Positions 52,056-62,352 of a stretch of 64,000 nt of DNA are shown here, piece by piece. Source of the DNA: Phormidesmis sp. Its GTDB lineage: Bacteria; Cyanobacteriota; Cyanobacteriia; Leptolyngbyales; Leptolyngbyaceae. Each line of letters starts with the position of its first letter. The stretch's first letter is position 1. The position numbers and the translations under genes were made by a program. Below the pieces are notes generated by a model. It did not search any database. It saw only the letters and a program-made list of their open reading frames with translations, and had not been told where the DNA came from. Location of the stretch: the NCBI GenBank assembly GCA_965248535.1, contig CBDFJR010000005.1, forward strand, positions 96,001 to 160,000, given 5' to 3'.

Positions 52056-52737
52056 AATTGCGATATCATAGAAACAATGTCGTAGGGATTGATAGCCAAC
52101 TCCAGCACTTGTGCTCAGGTGAACTCGTGGAAGGCAAGGAAAAGCAGAAAATTAAGCACTACACCAGACTCCATGCAGTCATCAGGGGTCGGGTTTGCTA
52201 AAGTTGAAGTTGTCTTGACTATCCCCACCAGCTTGACTGAACGATTAAATATCCTCAAGTCAAGTCAATATTCCTCCAAACCCTAATTGACTCACGTTGA
52301 GGTATTAACGCTTGCCCTTAACCGATCTGCTCCCCTTTCAAAGTCTCGACTTAGCCTTGCAGTGCCTAGACCTAGCGTTTAGGCAAATGGGTGGTGGAGT
52401 TCGATCGGATTGCAGTGCCGACGGGTGTGAGTCAGTGCAACAATAGATGAGTTAGAAAGTCGGCGATCGCTGAAGTAGCTTCTCAGAAAAACAGCCGACT
52501 GAAAACTTCAATAAACTTTTGCGAAAAACGCGTAAAAGCTGTTTACAGTGTGGATTAGCTAGTGGTCAGTCTCTAGAGATTGCCTCACTAAAAATGCTCT
52601 CAAGATTTCAGGGTTTTGACCACCATCAAACCTTTGAAAAGCCGCCAGAGCACGGTAAGTCAACCCAGATCGAATGTAGTTTTAGTCAAAACAGAAGGCA
52701 ACTATGTGACAACCTGGATCGAACGAGGGAAGAGTGG

Positions 52738-55700
52738 ATGAACAACGCCAAAGTCAGAATTTACGAGTTATCACGAGAATTGAATTTAGACAACAGAGAT
52801 CTCCTAGCGATTTGCGAACAACTTAATATTTCAGTCAAGAGCCACAGCAGCACCATCACAGAAGACGAAGCCGAAAGGATTCGTGCTGCGGCAGCAAAAT
52901 ATACGGCTAGTCACCCACCTTCTGCGAAGTCGAACCCAACTCGTCAACCAGCCAATTCACAACCTGCTGAGATTAGAAAGAAAACGCCCTTGAATATTCA
53001 GAAGAAACAGCAAATTTTAGAAATTCGCAGACCCATCACGCGCTCTGCATCTGAGCAGCAGCCCGAACTCAAGGCTCCCCCTACGCCCCAGCAAGCTCCC
53101 GCGAAGCCGATCGAGTCAAACCGCCCAGTCGCCCGCCCTGACTTAGAACCAGAGTCAACGCCAGAAATTGCTGATGCTGACGTGACCCCCATTGAGTCGG
53201 TGGTTGACCCCATTGCGCCCGCTATTCCAGAGGTTCCTGTAGAAACGCCGTTGCCCGAACCTCCGGCAGTTACTCAAAAGCCTGGACTCTCGATCGCGGT
53301 CGAAATTGTAGAAGACAAGCCTCTGTCTCAGCCTCCTGCAAGACCTGCGGCAGTCTCTTCTCGCCCTTCAACGACTTCTAAACCCGTTCTCAAACGTGAC
53401 AAGTCTGCCCCCAGCGCTACAGAAGCGCCTCGTCGAGAGCCTGGGGTGGCTCCTCAGCGAGAAGGCAGCCGACCTCAAGCAGGCGCTCCAGGGGAAGGGG
53501 TGCGTCGCCCTGCTCCGGGCAGCCGACCGACCGAAGAGCGCCCGACTCCTCGCCCGCAGACGATCGTTGAATTGCGTCGTCCCAAGCCTGTTCAATCCCC
53601 TCAAGACTTTGCGGTGGCGGGCGACGGCGTGGCCGCAGGACAGCCCGTTCTGCGGATCAATCGCCCCAATCGGCCTGCGGTTGATGCCCCCGTTGCACCC
53701 GGGCCGATCGACCTGCAACTCAACAAGCCAACTCCGCCAAAACCCAAGCGCGCCAAAGGCTGGGATGATGACGAAGAGGAAGTGCAGGAGTTTCCGTCTG
53801 ATAAAGCGAAGCTGGCTGCCAAAGGCAAACGACGAGTTCAGCCCAAGATTGATGAAGATGATGACGACGACCTAGATAACCTGTCGGGCGGCGGAATTGT
53901 CGATGCTGCTCAGATGAGCATTTCTCTGGCGCGCCCTGCCAAACCCAAAGGGTTACCGGGTCAGATCAGAGTGGTTGTAGCTCCTACGCCTGCCGCTCCG
54001 CAGCGCAAGAAGTCTGGCGGCACCCGCGATCGTCGCGATCGTCGTGATCAAGAGGTCAAGACCGAGCGCCCCGAGACGATCACGCTTACAGGGGGCTTGA
54101 CCGTGCAAGATCTAGCCCAGAGATTAGCAGTTCCGGCGACTGAGGTGATTACTAAGCTGTTCATGAAGGGCATCGCAGCCACGATCACCCAAACCCTAGA
54201 CATCGGCACCGCAACGATGGTTGCCGAGGAATACAACATTGAGGTCGAGGCGGGCGAAAAAGAAGAAGCCGCTCGTAAAGTGACTGAAATGGTGGGCATT
54301 GAGGATCTAGAGCACCTGATTCGTCGTCCTCCTGTTGTGACGATCATGGGTCACGTTGACCACGGTAAGACCACCCTGCTTGACTCGATTCGCAAGACAA
54401 AAGTCGCCCAGGGAGAAGCAGGTGGAATCACCCAGCACATCGGGGCTTACCACGTTGACGTAGAGCACAACGGGCAAGAACAGCAGGTCGTCTTCTTAGA
54501 CACGCCGGGTCACGAAGCCTTTACTGCCATGCGAGCGCGTGGCGCACGGGTGACTGACATTGCCATCTTGGTGGTAGCAGCCGATGATGGTGTGCAGCCC
54601 CAGACCATTGAGGCCATTAGCCACGCTAAGGCAGCCGGGGTGCCGATCGTGGTGGCGATTAACAAAGTAGACAAAGAAGGAGCACAGCCCGATCGCGTCA
54701 AGCAAGAACTCACTGAGTATGCGCTGGTGCCTGAAGAGTGGGGCGGCGACACAATTATGGTGCCCGTCAGCGCCATCAATGGAGAAAACCTGGATACGCT
54801 GCTAGAGATGATTCTCTTAGTGGCAGAAGTTGAGGATCTGTCTGCCAACCCCGATCGCTCTGCGAAAGGAACGGTCATTGAGGCCCACCTTGACAAGGCT
54901 AAGGGCCCGGTTGCAACGCTGCTGATCCAGAACGGGACGCTGCGCGTTGGCGACATCTTAGTGGCGGGATCGTCACTGGGTAAAGTGCGAGCGATGGTGG
55001 ACGATCGCAGTAAGCGGGTGCAGATCGCGTCGCCTTCTTTTGCCGTCGAAGTCTTAGGCTTAAGTGACGTTCCCTCGGCTGGAGACGAATTTGAGGTCTT
55101 CCAGGATGAACGTGAAGCGCGTGCCGTTTCTGATGCGAGAGCCGACGACCAGCGTCAATCTCGACTGTTGGCGGCGGTGTCTTCTCGTCGAGTCAGCCTC
55201 AATACGCTGTCTGCCAAGGCCCAAGAAGGCGACCTCAAAGAGCTAAATCTGGTGATCAAAGCAGACGTTCAGGGGTCGCTCGAAGCCATTCTCGGTTCCT
55301 TGAGTCAACTGCCTCAAAACGAGGTGCAGGTGCGAGTGCTATTTGCAGCTCCGGGTGAAATTTCTGAAACCGATGTTGACCTCGCAGCAGCGAGTGACGC
55401 GGTGATCATTGGCTTCAACACAACATTGGCTCCGGGAGCGCGACAGGCTGCCGATCGGGCTGGGGTTGATGTACGCGACTACAACATCATCTATAAACTG
55501 CTGGATGATGTTCAGGGCGCGATGGAGGGTCTGCTAGAGCCTGAAATGATTGAGGAACCCCTCGGTCAGGTGGAAGTTAGAGCGGTCTTCCCAGTGGGTC
55601 GCGGTGCGGTTGCAGGTTGCTATGTGCTCTCTGGCAAAATCGTTCGTAACTGTAAGATTCGCATTCGTCGGGGTAACACCCTGGTTCACGAGGGCAATCT

Positions 55701-55857
55701 TGACTCTCTGAAGCGGATGAAAGAAGATGCGCGAGAAGTCAATGCAGGCTACGAGTGTGGTATCGGCTTAGACAACTTCAGCGCTTGGGAAGTGAGCGAT
55801 ATCATCGAAGCTTATCGGATGGTGTCGAAGCGTCGAACGCTGTCGCCTGCTCGATAA
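52738..55857 (+). CDS. infB: Translation initiation factor IF-2 (start ATG 52738)
   Basis: [12 protein letters not shown]-domain; [13 protein letters not shown] and NKVD GTPase motifs. Confidence 0.98.
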   Translation: MNNAKVRIYELSRELNLDNRDLLAICEQLNISVKSHSSTITEDEAERIRAAAAKYTASHPPSAKSNPTRQPANSQPAEIRKKTPLNIQKKQQILEIRRPITRSASEQQPELKAPPTPQQAPAKPIESNRPVARPDLEPESTPEIADADVTPIESVVDPIAPAIPEVPVETPLPEPPAVTQKPGLSIAVEIVEDKPLSQPPARPAAVSSRPSTTSKPVLKRDKSAPSATEAPRREPGVAPQREGSRPQAGAPGEGVRRPAPGSRPTEERPTPRPQTIVELRRPKPVQSPQDFAVAGDGVAAGQPVLRINRPNRPAVDAPVAPGPIDLQLNKPTPPKPKRAKGWDDDEEEVQEFPSDKAKLAAKGKRRVQPKIDEDDDDDLDNLSGGGIVDAAQMSISLARPAKPKGLPGQIRVVVAPTPAAPQRKKSGGTRDRRDRRDQEVKTERPETITLTGGLTVQDLAQRLAVPATEVITKLFMKGIAATITQTLDIGTATMVAEEYNIEVEAGEKEEAARKVTEMVGIEDLEHLIRRPPVVTIMGHVDHGKTTLLDSIRKTKVAQGEAGGITQHIGAYHVDVEHNGQEQQVVFLDTPGHEAFTAMRARGARVTDIAILVVAADDGVQPQTIEAISHAKAAGVPIVVAINKVDKEGAQPDRVKQELTEYALVPEEWGGDTIMVPVSAINGENLDTLLEMILLVAEVEDLSANPDRSAKGTVIEAHLDKAKGPVATLLIQNGTLRVGDILVAGSSLGKVRAMVDDRSKRVQIASPSFAVEVLGLSDVPSAGDEFEVFQDEREARAVSDARADDQRQSRLLAAVSSRRVSLNTLSAKAQEGDLKELNLVIKADVQGSLEAILGSLSQLPQNEVQVRVLFAAPGEISETDVDLAAASDAVIIGFNTTLAPGARQAADRAGVDVRDYNIIYKLLDDVQGAMEGLLEPEMIEEPLGQVEVRAVFPVGRGAVAGCYVLSGKIVRNCKIRIRRGNTLVHEGNLDSLKRMKEDAREVNAGYECGIGLDNFSAWEVSDIIEAYRMVSKRRTLSPAR

Positions 55858-55878
55858 ATCATTCGACTGATTGAAGGT

Positions 55879-55909
55879 GAAGGGGGCATACCGATGTATG
55901 CCCCCTTTT
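55879..55909 (+). terminator. Intrinsic terminator after infB
   Basis: AAGGGGGCATAC-CGAT-GTATGCCCCCTTTT. Confidence 0.85.
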
Positions 55910-56057
55910 AATCGGCACATGAGGGCGCAGCGGCACTCGTCGAGCCTTGGAGAGGAGAAATCAAAGAAGATTCTGGCGAAGGAGTAGCCAAACTACTTGG
56001 TAGAGGTAGGATGGTGGTTGGTATTGCTGGTTTCAATCTTAGTCTTTCGCGTTTTTC

Positions 56058-56705
56058 ATGGGAAATGATCTCAGCCACATTGTGATTAGCGATTGGCTCT
56101 ATCACCTAAGATTGCTAATTTATCTAGTCGTGATCACTTGGATAGTGGCCGTCATCAATTTTGGCCTGTTGGGGACAGCCCTCAATCTGTTTGGTTTAGC
56201 GCCCCGCACCCTAATTGGTCTACCCGGAATTTTAATCTCTCCTTTTCTCCATGCTGACTGGCAGCACCTAGAGGGAAACACCTTCTTTTATTTTATTTTT
56301 GGGGGTTTGGTGTTTCTCAGAGATGCGAGTGATTTTGGAGCGATCACAGGTGCGATCGCCGTGATTTCGGGGTCTATTCTATGGCTGATCGGCCGACCTG
56401 TCATCTATGTGGGTGCCAGTGGTGTGATTTTTGGCTATATCGGATTTTTGCTGTCGTTTGCGTATTTCGATCGCAATATCGCGTCAGTGCTCGTGCTCAT
56501 ATTGACCATCATGTTGGTCTTATTTACGCAGCGATTTGGCAACACCCTCTGGCTCTTGATGCCGATTCAAAAACATATGGCTTGGGATGGACACCTCATT
56601 GGACTGCTAGCAGGAATCTTTGTGGCGCGCCATCTACCCACCGTTAAGGACTGGTTTAGTCAGGTCATTGACGGCTTAAATCGATTGGGATCGTCCCTGC
56701 TGTAG
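56058..56705 (+). CDS. Rhomboid family intramembrane serine protease
   Basis: FLHADWQHL, VGASGVIFG and GHLIG. Confidence 0.92.
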   Translation: MGNDLSHIVISDWLYHLRLLIYLVVITWIVAVINFGLLGTALNLFGLAPRTLIGLPGILISPFLHADWQHLEGNTFFYFIFGGLVFLRDASDFGAITGAIAVISGSILWLIGRPVIYVGASGVIFGYIGFLLSFAYFDRNIASVLVLILTIMLVLFTQRFGNTLWLLMPIQKHMAWDGHLIGLLAGIFVARHLPTVKDWFSQVIDGLNRLGSSLL

Positions 56706-56727
56706 CAAGTCTCTAGAGCATTTTCCT

Positions 56728-57621
56728 TCAGTTCCACTCGCCGCTATCGAGATTCAACCCCATCCACGTCAAGCATTTCTGCATTTCTTGGTGCATGGTT
56801 TGAGAATCTGCATGGTAGCGCCGTCCGTGCCCTGGCAAAACCCACTCAAAGGAATAGTTGGCAAGTTTTTGCATCGATCGCTGCAACTCCTCCCACGAAT
56901 ACCAACAGGCTTCACGAAACCCAACCAGTTGATTTTGCCGCGCCGACCAAGCCAGATGATCCCCAGTAAACAGGAATTTTTTTTGATAGAGCAGAACGGT
57001 GTGTCCTTTAGTGTGTCCAGGGACGGGAATGATCAGCAACTCTGGCTCTATCTGCACCGGGTCTGATCCTGTGAGTTTGATTTCTACACTTTGAGTACCA
57101 AAGTTGATTTCGTCAGCGTGAAGGATGCGATCGCAGCCAAAATGATCGTGAAACTTTTGATGATCGGCTACATCATCGCGATGAGTCAAATAAAGATAGC
57201 GAAGTCCGCCCATCTCTTCTAGACATTTGACCAGAGGCGGCGCAAATCGAGGAGAATCGACCAAAATATTGCCATCAGGACGCTGAATCAAGTAGCTGGC
57301 GGCTCCGAACGAGTTTTCGGCATGATAGCCGCAGTGGTAGACATTCTCAGCGACTAAGATCGGGAAGCTTTGTTGGGCGATTTTGATGTCTTTTGGTTTG
57401 GCAACCGTGCCGATCGAGGCAGTCGGACAGGCCAATAATGCCTGCATTGCCCGCAAGCGCTCAGGTTCATTCTGCGGTTGATGAAAGACTGCCGAGCTTC
57501 CGGCGGCGCGATGAAAACTATCGGGAGCCATCCATCGGCAAGTGTCACAGTCAATGCAGGTGCGATCGACGTAAAAATCGCCCTCAGCGTTTTCGGGGCG
57601 GCGTTGGGTGAGGTGAGCCAT
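56728..57621 (-). CDS. Ferredoxin-like + MBL-fold metallo-hydrolase fusion
   Basis: CIDCDTC...CP; THRDDVADH, GHTKGH, FTGDH and PGHG. Confidence 0.9.
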   Translation of the reverse strand: MAHLTQRRPENAEGDFYVDRTCIDCDTCRWMAPDSFHRAAGSSAVFHQPQNEPERLRAMQALLACPTASIGTVAKPKDIKIAQQSFPILVAENVYHCGYHAENSFGAASYLIQRPDGNILVDSPRFAPPLVKCLEEMGGLRYLYLTHRDDVADHQKFHDHFGCDRILHADEINFGTQSVEIKLTGSDPVQIEPELLIIPVPGHTKGHTVLLYQKKFLFTGDHLAWSARQNQLVGFREACWYSWEELQRSMQKLANYSFEWVLPGHGRRYHADSQTMHQEMQKCLTWMGLNLDSGEWN

Positions 57622-57700
57622 GATTGACAGGATGAGGGAGACAGAAAAATCTCATTCCCTGCTTAAATCATACTCGTTATGAATGTGAGTTAGGCTTTGA

Positions 57701-58582
57701 TTATCCGCAGGCGGCTTCGTTGGGTTTAGGCGTGGCATCGGGATAGAAGGTGACGATCGCCCGACTAGTTTTAACAAACACGGCTTTGAATGGCGGCGCT
57801 GAAGAGTCGTCTTGCACCGTATAAAGGCAAGCTTGTTTAGCATTGGTGGTGGGTTTAAAGGCTTTGAAGGCGCGAGTAGCATCGACCAAAATTTCTTGGG
57901 CATTGCTGACATAGGAATAGCCTTTTTTGGCATCTCTAGCAACGACGCGATCGCCCTGCCGAATCTCTACGCCTAGTGTATAAATTTCTCCAGCAATCAC
58001 TTCTTCGGCTTGAGAATTGTTGGGCAACCGTCCTGCAATGCCCTGATTTTGCAGTTGCAGATATCGCCCCACAAAGTGCAGACCGCCAATTTGATTGGCC
58101 CCGCGATCTTGTCCACAAAAAATATGCTCAAAGGCGCTGCGACCTGACCAAATTGTTACCAAATCATCGCGAAATTGATCGTCACCTCGCCGTCCCGAAA
58201 ACAATTCTCCCCCGACGGCTTGTTTAAGCTGCTGCACCACTTGGGGTGACTCTGACAGCAATCTTCTAATACTAATCGTGCCGACTTTGCTGCCAAAGGT
58301 GCCGCAGACATTGAGAACTTTTTGATCAAACGCATTAAGCGCAGGAGGCACTGGAGTGATATCGACTTTCTGATTTTTAGGAACACCAACCATAACTGGA
58401 TTATCCGTTTGATCAAAGAACGGAAGTAGTCCTGATTTTGCAGAATTTACAGCGCGTTTTTTTGTAGAGTAACCAGTCCGAGCTTGCAGAGATTGAGCCA
58501 AAACAGTCTGAACTAGGGGCAATGATCCCACTGTTAACATCAACAATGCGCCACACATTCCCTGCTTAATAAATCTGACCAT
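57701..58582 (-). CDS. Exported EndoU-domain nuclease (probable start ATG 58582)
   Basis: Signal peptide ending VLA; FEHIFCG...GGLH...KKG...IVTFYP. Confidence 0.82.
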   Translation of the reverse strand: MVRFIKQGMCGALLMLTVGSLPLVQTVLAQSLQARTGYSTKKRAVNSAKSGLLPFFDQTDNPVMVGVPKNQKVDITPVPPALNAFDQKVLNVCGTFGSKVGTISIRRLLSESPQVVQQLKQAVGGELFSGRRGDDQFRDDLVTIWSGRSAFEHIFCGQDRGANQIGGLHFVGRYLQLQNQGIAGRLPNNSQAEEVIAGEIYTLGVEIRQGDRVVARDAKKGYSYVSNAQEILVDATRAFKAFKPTTNAKQACLYTVQDDSSAPPFKAVFVKTSRAIVTFYPDATPKPNEAACG

Positions 58583-58829
58583 AGAGTTCCTCAATCGTAA
58601 ATTCTAGTCAATGATAACTTTCTCAGTAGACTTTAAAAGCACCTGCCCTGGCCCGATCGGGATCGCGAGTTGAGAGTCATAAGGAATTGTTGAAATCACC
58701 TTTATTTTTTATTTCAAGGCATGATAGAGATAGGTGCATCGCTTCAAAACACCTTCAGTTTGAAACCATCCAGTTTTCGGGGTGCCTAGCATTGAGACAT
58801 CCAATCCATTTTTCCCCTAGCAAACCTTT

Positions 58830-59057
58830 ATGCTTAAGAACATTCCTTTTGGATTAATTCTGCTGATCAGCGTGATTTATGTTGGATTCGGCGATCAGTT
58901 TTTGCCCCCTGCGATCGGGCAATATAGCGGTCAGGCCCGGCGCTCACTTGACGGCATGATGATTGGCATGTTTCCTGAGTGGCGACCCAAAACCAACCCT
59001 TACGATCGCACTCAAGACGCACTTCAACAAACTGAACAGAGCGGAAAATCTAAGTAG
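58830..59057 (+). CDS. Small membrane protein
   Basis: 75 aa; N-terminal TM followed by GDQFLP. Confidence 0.7.
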   Translation: MLKNIPFGLILLISVIYVGFGDQFLPPAIGQYSGQARRSLDGMMIGMFPEWRPKTNPYDRTQDALQQTEQSGKSK

Positions 59058-59095
59058 AGTGATGAGTGCCCAATTCTAGCTGCAACTCATCACTC
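59057..59095. terminator. Inverted repeat between convergent genes
   Basis: GAGTGATGAGT...ACTCATCACTC 11-bp stem. Confidence 0.55.
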
Positions 59096-59103
59096 AGGAG
59101 GGT

Positions 59104-60099
59104 TTAGACCTTCTTGAGCCAGCTAAACATGGCTCGCAGATCTTTGCCGACTTCTTCGATCGGGTGTTCTGCTTCGCGGCGGCGCATGGCCGTGAAACCA
59201 GGTTTGCCAGCCTGATTTTCTAACACAAACTCACGGGCAAACTGTCCGGTTTGAATCTCGCGGAGAATCTTTCGCATCTCAGCGCGAGTCGCATCGGTGA
59301 CAATGCGAGGGCCGCGGGTCAAGTCGCCATATTCGGCGGTGTTAGAGATGCTGTCGCGCATTTTTGCTAGGCCACCTTCGACGATTAAATCGACGATCAG
59401 CTTGACTTCGTGCAGACACTCAAAATAAGCCAACTCTGGCTGATAGCCCGCTTCGGTCAAAGTTTCAAACCCGGCTTTGATCAACTCACTCAAGCCGCCG
59501 CAGAGCACGACCTGTTCGCCAAATAAGTCAGTTTCGGTTTCTTCACGGAAGGTCGTTTCAAGCACTCCTGCGCGGGTGCCACCAATGCCTCTAGCGTAAG
59601 ACATGGCCCGATCGCGGGCTTGACCTGACGCATCTTGATAGACCGCAAACAGTGCCGGAACGCCTTGACCTTGCTCATAGGTGCGTCTCACTAAGTGTCC
59701 GGGCCCTTTGGGGGCAACCATCACCACATCTACGTTGGCAGGCGGCACCACTTGAGCAAAGTGAATGTTAAAGCCGTGGGCAAAGGCCAAAACGTCCCCT
59801 TCTTTAAGGTTGGGTTCAATCTCTTGGGTGAAGACCGTTTTTTGCACTTCATCGGGGAGCAAAATCATGATGAAATCGGCTGCTTTGGCCGCGTCGGCAA
59901 CACTGTGCACCGCTAGCCCGGCCTCTTTAGCTTTGATGGCCGATTTGCTGCCCGGATATAGACCCACGATCACATTCAGCCCGCTGTCTTTGAGGTTGAG
60001 GGCGTGAGCGTGTCCTTGAGAGCCGTAGCCGATGATGGCGATCGTCTTTTCAGCTAGTAAATCTAAGTTGGCATCTGCGTCATAATACATCCGCGCCAT
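59104..60099 (-). CDS. ilvC: Ketol-acid reductoisomerase (start ATG 60099)
   Basis: [20 protein letters not shown] and [16 protein letters not shown]. Confidence 0.98.
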   Translation of the reverse strand: MARMYYDADANLDLLAEKTIAIIGYGSQGHAHALNLKDSGLNVIVGLYPGSKSAIKAKEAGLAVHSVADAAKAADFIMILLPDEVQKTVFTQEIEPNLKEGDVLAFAHGFNIHFAQVVPPANVDVVMVAPKGPGHLVRRTYEQGQGVPALFAVYQDASGQARDRAMSYARGIGGTRAGVLETTFREETETDLFGEQVVLCGGLSELIKAGFETLTEAGYQPELAYFECLHEVKLIVDLIVEGGLAKMRDSISNTAEYGDLTRGPRIVTDATRAEMRKILREIQTGQFAREFVLENQAGKPGFTAMRRREAEHPIEEVGKDLRAMFSWLKKV

Positions 60100-60273
60100 G
60101 ATAGGAGTCTCCTTGCAGCCAGTCTTGTGGGGTAATCTCAGAACTCTTAAGTTTACCAGAAGAGCAGTCTGGCTCAATCGATTGGTGAAGATTTGAAACC
60201 ATTGAAGAATTCTCCCACCCTGCTTCACTCTGCTGTAGAGTGGGCATCGTAATCTCTCTGGCAAGGTTCACGA

Positions 60274-61497
60274 ATGCCTCTTCGTTTCAAAGCCGACGTT
60301 GCTCGTTTTTTGCGAGAGTACTTCATCTATCTGCTGCCTTCGGCATTCGTTATCTATCTCGTTTTAGAGTCTTATCAGATTGATTTTCGTCCCTATTACA
60401 TTGCCGGAAAAGCAATTTTATTTGGACTTGATCCCTATCTCAATCATGTGAACGAATACCCAGAATTCTACGTTCCGATCAATGCCAATGATTCTCCTTA
60501 TTCAGGATTTATTTATCCACCGTTTGCTTCTCTGCTATTTTTGCCCTTTGGTGCATTGCCCTACGTGCAAGCAAAGCTATATTACAGTATCTTCATTTTA
60601 ATTATTTTATGGTCTTTACTATTTGAGTTAGTTCGTCAAAGCCAGTTCACAATTAAAGGGGAAACGCTTTTATTTGTGATGGCAAGCTTTCCGGTTTTGG
60701 CCTCTTTTGAACGAGGGCAAATTGATATTTTAATTTGTTATTTAGCGACGCTTTCTTTTTTGATCTATCAACGTCAGCATTCAAAAGCGTTGTCTGGATT
60801 TTTATTAGCGTTAGCCTGCGGCATCAAAATATTTCCAGGCGTGATTTTGCTTTATTTCATCCTCAAAAAAGAGTTTAAGCTGGTTACTTATACCCTAGGA
60901 TTTGTGGGCGTGTTGGTTTTAGCCCCGATCGCTTATTTCGGCACCCCTGTTTACACTCACTATCTACAGGAAATTTTTCCTGATTTGTTTGGAGCATTAA
61001 CCAGCCCTGGAGCGATCAGCACTCATGGTCAAGCGGTGGTCGATCGGGTCGTTAAATCAGTAGACAGCAATGGTTTAAGGGTGACTCACGATTTTGTGCA
61101 TGGCTATCACAATCCCTTTTTGCGCGGCAATTTGCTAGGGGCAGCGATCGTGGGTCTTATCGTCTTCGCCATGCTGATGTACTATTTACGCCGCAGCCCG
61201 ATCGAGCATCAGTTTTTCTCGATTATTAACACTATTTTGGTCTTCAATCCACAGACGTGGATTATGGGACTGGTTTGGTATGTTCCCTTGTTTATCTATC
61301 TGTTTGGCAGAGCCAATTATTTAGGAAAATTCATCTTAGTTTTGCCACTTTTTGTGCCACCCTTCACGAATAGCAACGGAATGTTAGCGGTCGCGATCGC
61401 GATCATCTTTGCGATCCCCACTACAAACAAGCGATTGATCAACCGCATTCCAGAACCTAAAGCCCAGCCCTTCGCGTGTTTGATGATCAGCCTGTAA
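60274..61497 (+). CDS. GT87-like (GT-C fold) membrane glycosyltransferase
   Basis: DFRPYY, FIYPP, ERGQ and IKIFP; many TM segments. Confidence 0.85.
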   Translation: MPLRFKADVARFLREYFIYLLPSAFVIYLVLESYQIDFRPYYIAGKAILFGLDPYLNHVNEYPEFYVPINANDSPYSGFIYPPFASLLFLPFGALPYVQAKLYYSIFILIILWSLLFELVRQSQFTIKGETLLFVMASFPVLASFERGQIDILICYLATLSFLIYQRQHSKALSGFLLALACGIKIFPGVILLYFILKKEFKLVTYTLGFVGVLVLAPIAYFGTPVYTHYLQEIFPDLFGALTSPGAISTHGQAVVDRVVKSVDSNGLRVTHDFVHGYHNPFLRGNLLGAAIVGLIVFAMLMYYLRRSPIEHQFFSIINTILVFNPQTWIMGLVWYVPLFIYLFGRANYLGKFILVLPLFVPPFTNSNGMLAVAIAIIFAIPTTNKRLINRIPEPKAQPFACLMISL

Positions 61498-61574
61498 ATG
61501 GAGAATTGATCGAGATGTCCCCTGAAGGTGTGCCTCATGCGTCATTGAGCAGTGACACTGGCGACTATTTACTA
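61476..61574 (+). pseudogene. N-terminal remnant of a Uma2-family gene
   Basis: FDDQPVNGELIEMSPEGVPHASLSSDTGDYL resembles the Uma2 N-terminal motif xELxNGELIEMSPxGxxH. Confidence 0.6.
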
Positions 61575-62333
61575 TCGCCTTGGAAATCGCGCCTAGGGCT
61601 GCAACCGCGCCGGGGACTTGCCCCCCGGCTGACTCGGTGGCGGCAATCGAGGATCATCGCCACATCGGTCTGAAGCTGCCGCACCAAAATCACCCCGCTC
61701 ACAGGCTGACTTTTTCCGGCGATCGTTAATCTGCCCGTCCAATCCAGCTTGATACCATTCTGAATTGCCTGCCACGGCCCAGTCTGAAAGCCTTCTCCTT
61801 GCTGAAAAGCCGTTTGAGCAATCTTAGCCAAGGCATCATTGATCCCCGTTAAGGTGCCGTTTTGCAGCGCTAACTCACCCTGCGATCGCACCAGCACCGT
61901 ATAGGCTAAACTGCCGTCTCGCGCCTCAATCAGCGCCGACCCTGCCAAGGGGCTGACGGTGTAATCTTGGAGAATGGCGATTTTAAAGCGTTTGTTGGGG
62001 TCTTTATAGTCACCACTCACCGCCAGAGGGGGCGCAAGAGAAGCAGGCACGATCGGCACGATCGGCAGTGGGGAAACAGGCGTAAGCGGAACAGTGGGAA
62101 TCGCAGGCACGATCGGGGCCGAAGGCGTTGGAGAAGCCGTCCCGGTGGGGCGAACGCTAGGAGTCGCTGTGGGAACCGTTGACGGATAGGCAAGCAGGCG
62201 CGCTAGGAGTGACGATCGGAGGTTCTGCTTGGGCTACGGTGGGGTCTAGATTCCAGGCGGTTTGTCCTAGCGTAGTGAACCCAATGAAGGCAGCGCAGGC
62301 TAACCCGACTAGCCAGTTTCGATTTAATTTCAT
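61565..62333 (-). pseudogene. Exported Pro-rich protein gene broken by at least two apparent frameshifts
   Basis: ATG 62333 gives signal peptide MKLNRNWLVGLACAAFIGF... then stops near 62157; Pro-rich sequence continues in the +1 frame into ORF 61565..62110. Confidence 0.7.
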
Positions 62334-62352
62334 GGTGTGGTTTCAGTCTAAA

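Noticed and set aside
52519..52737. N-terminal extension of IF-2 in the ORF track
   Set aside because: TTG start with no RBS; the conserved IF-2 N-domain begins at ATG 52738
61609..61630. GC-rich hairpin CCGGGGACTTGCCCCCCGG as a REP element
   Set aside because: Explained as coding sequence (AGGQVPG) of the frameshifted minus-strand gene
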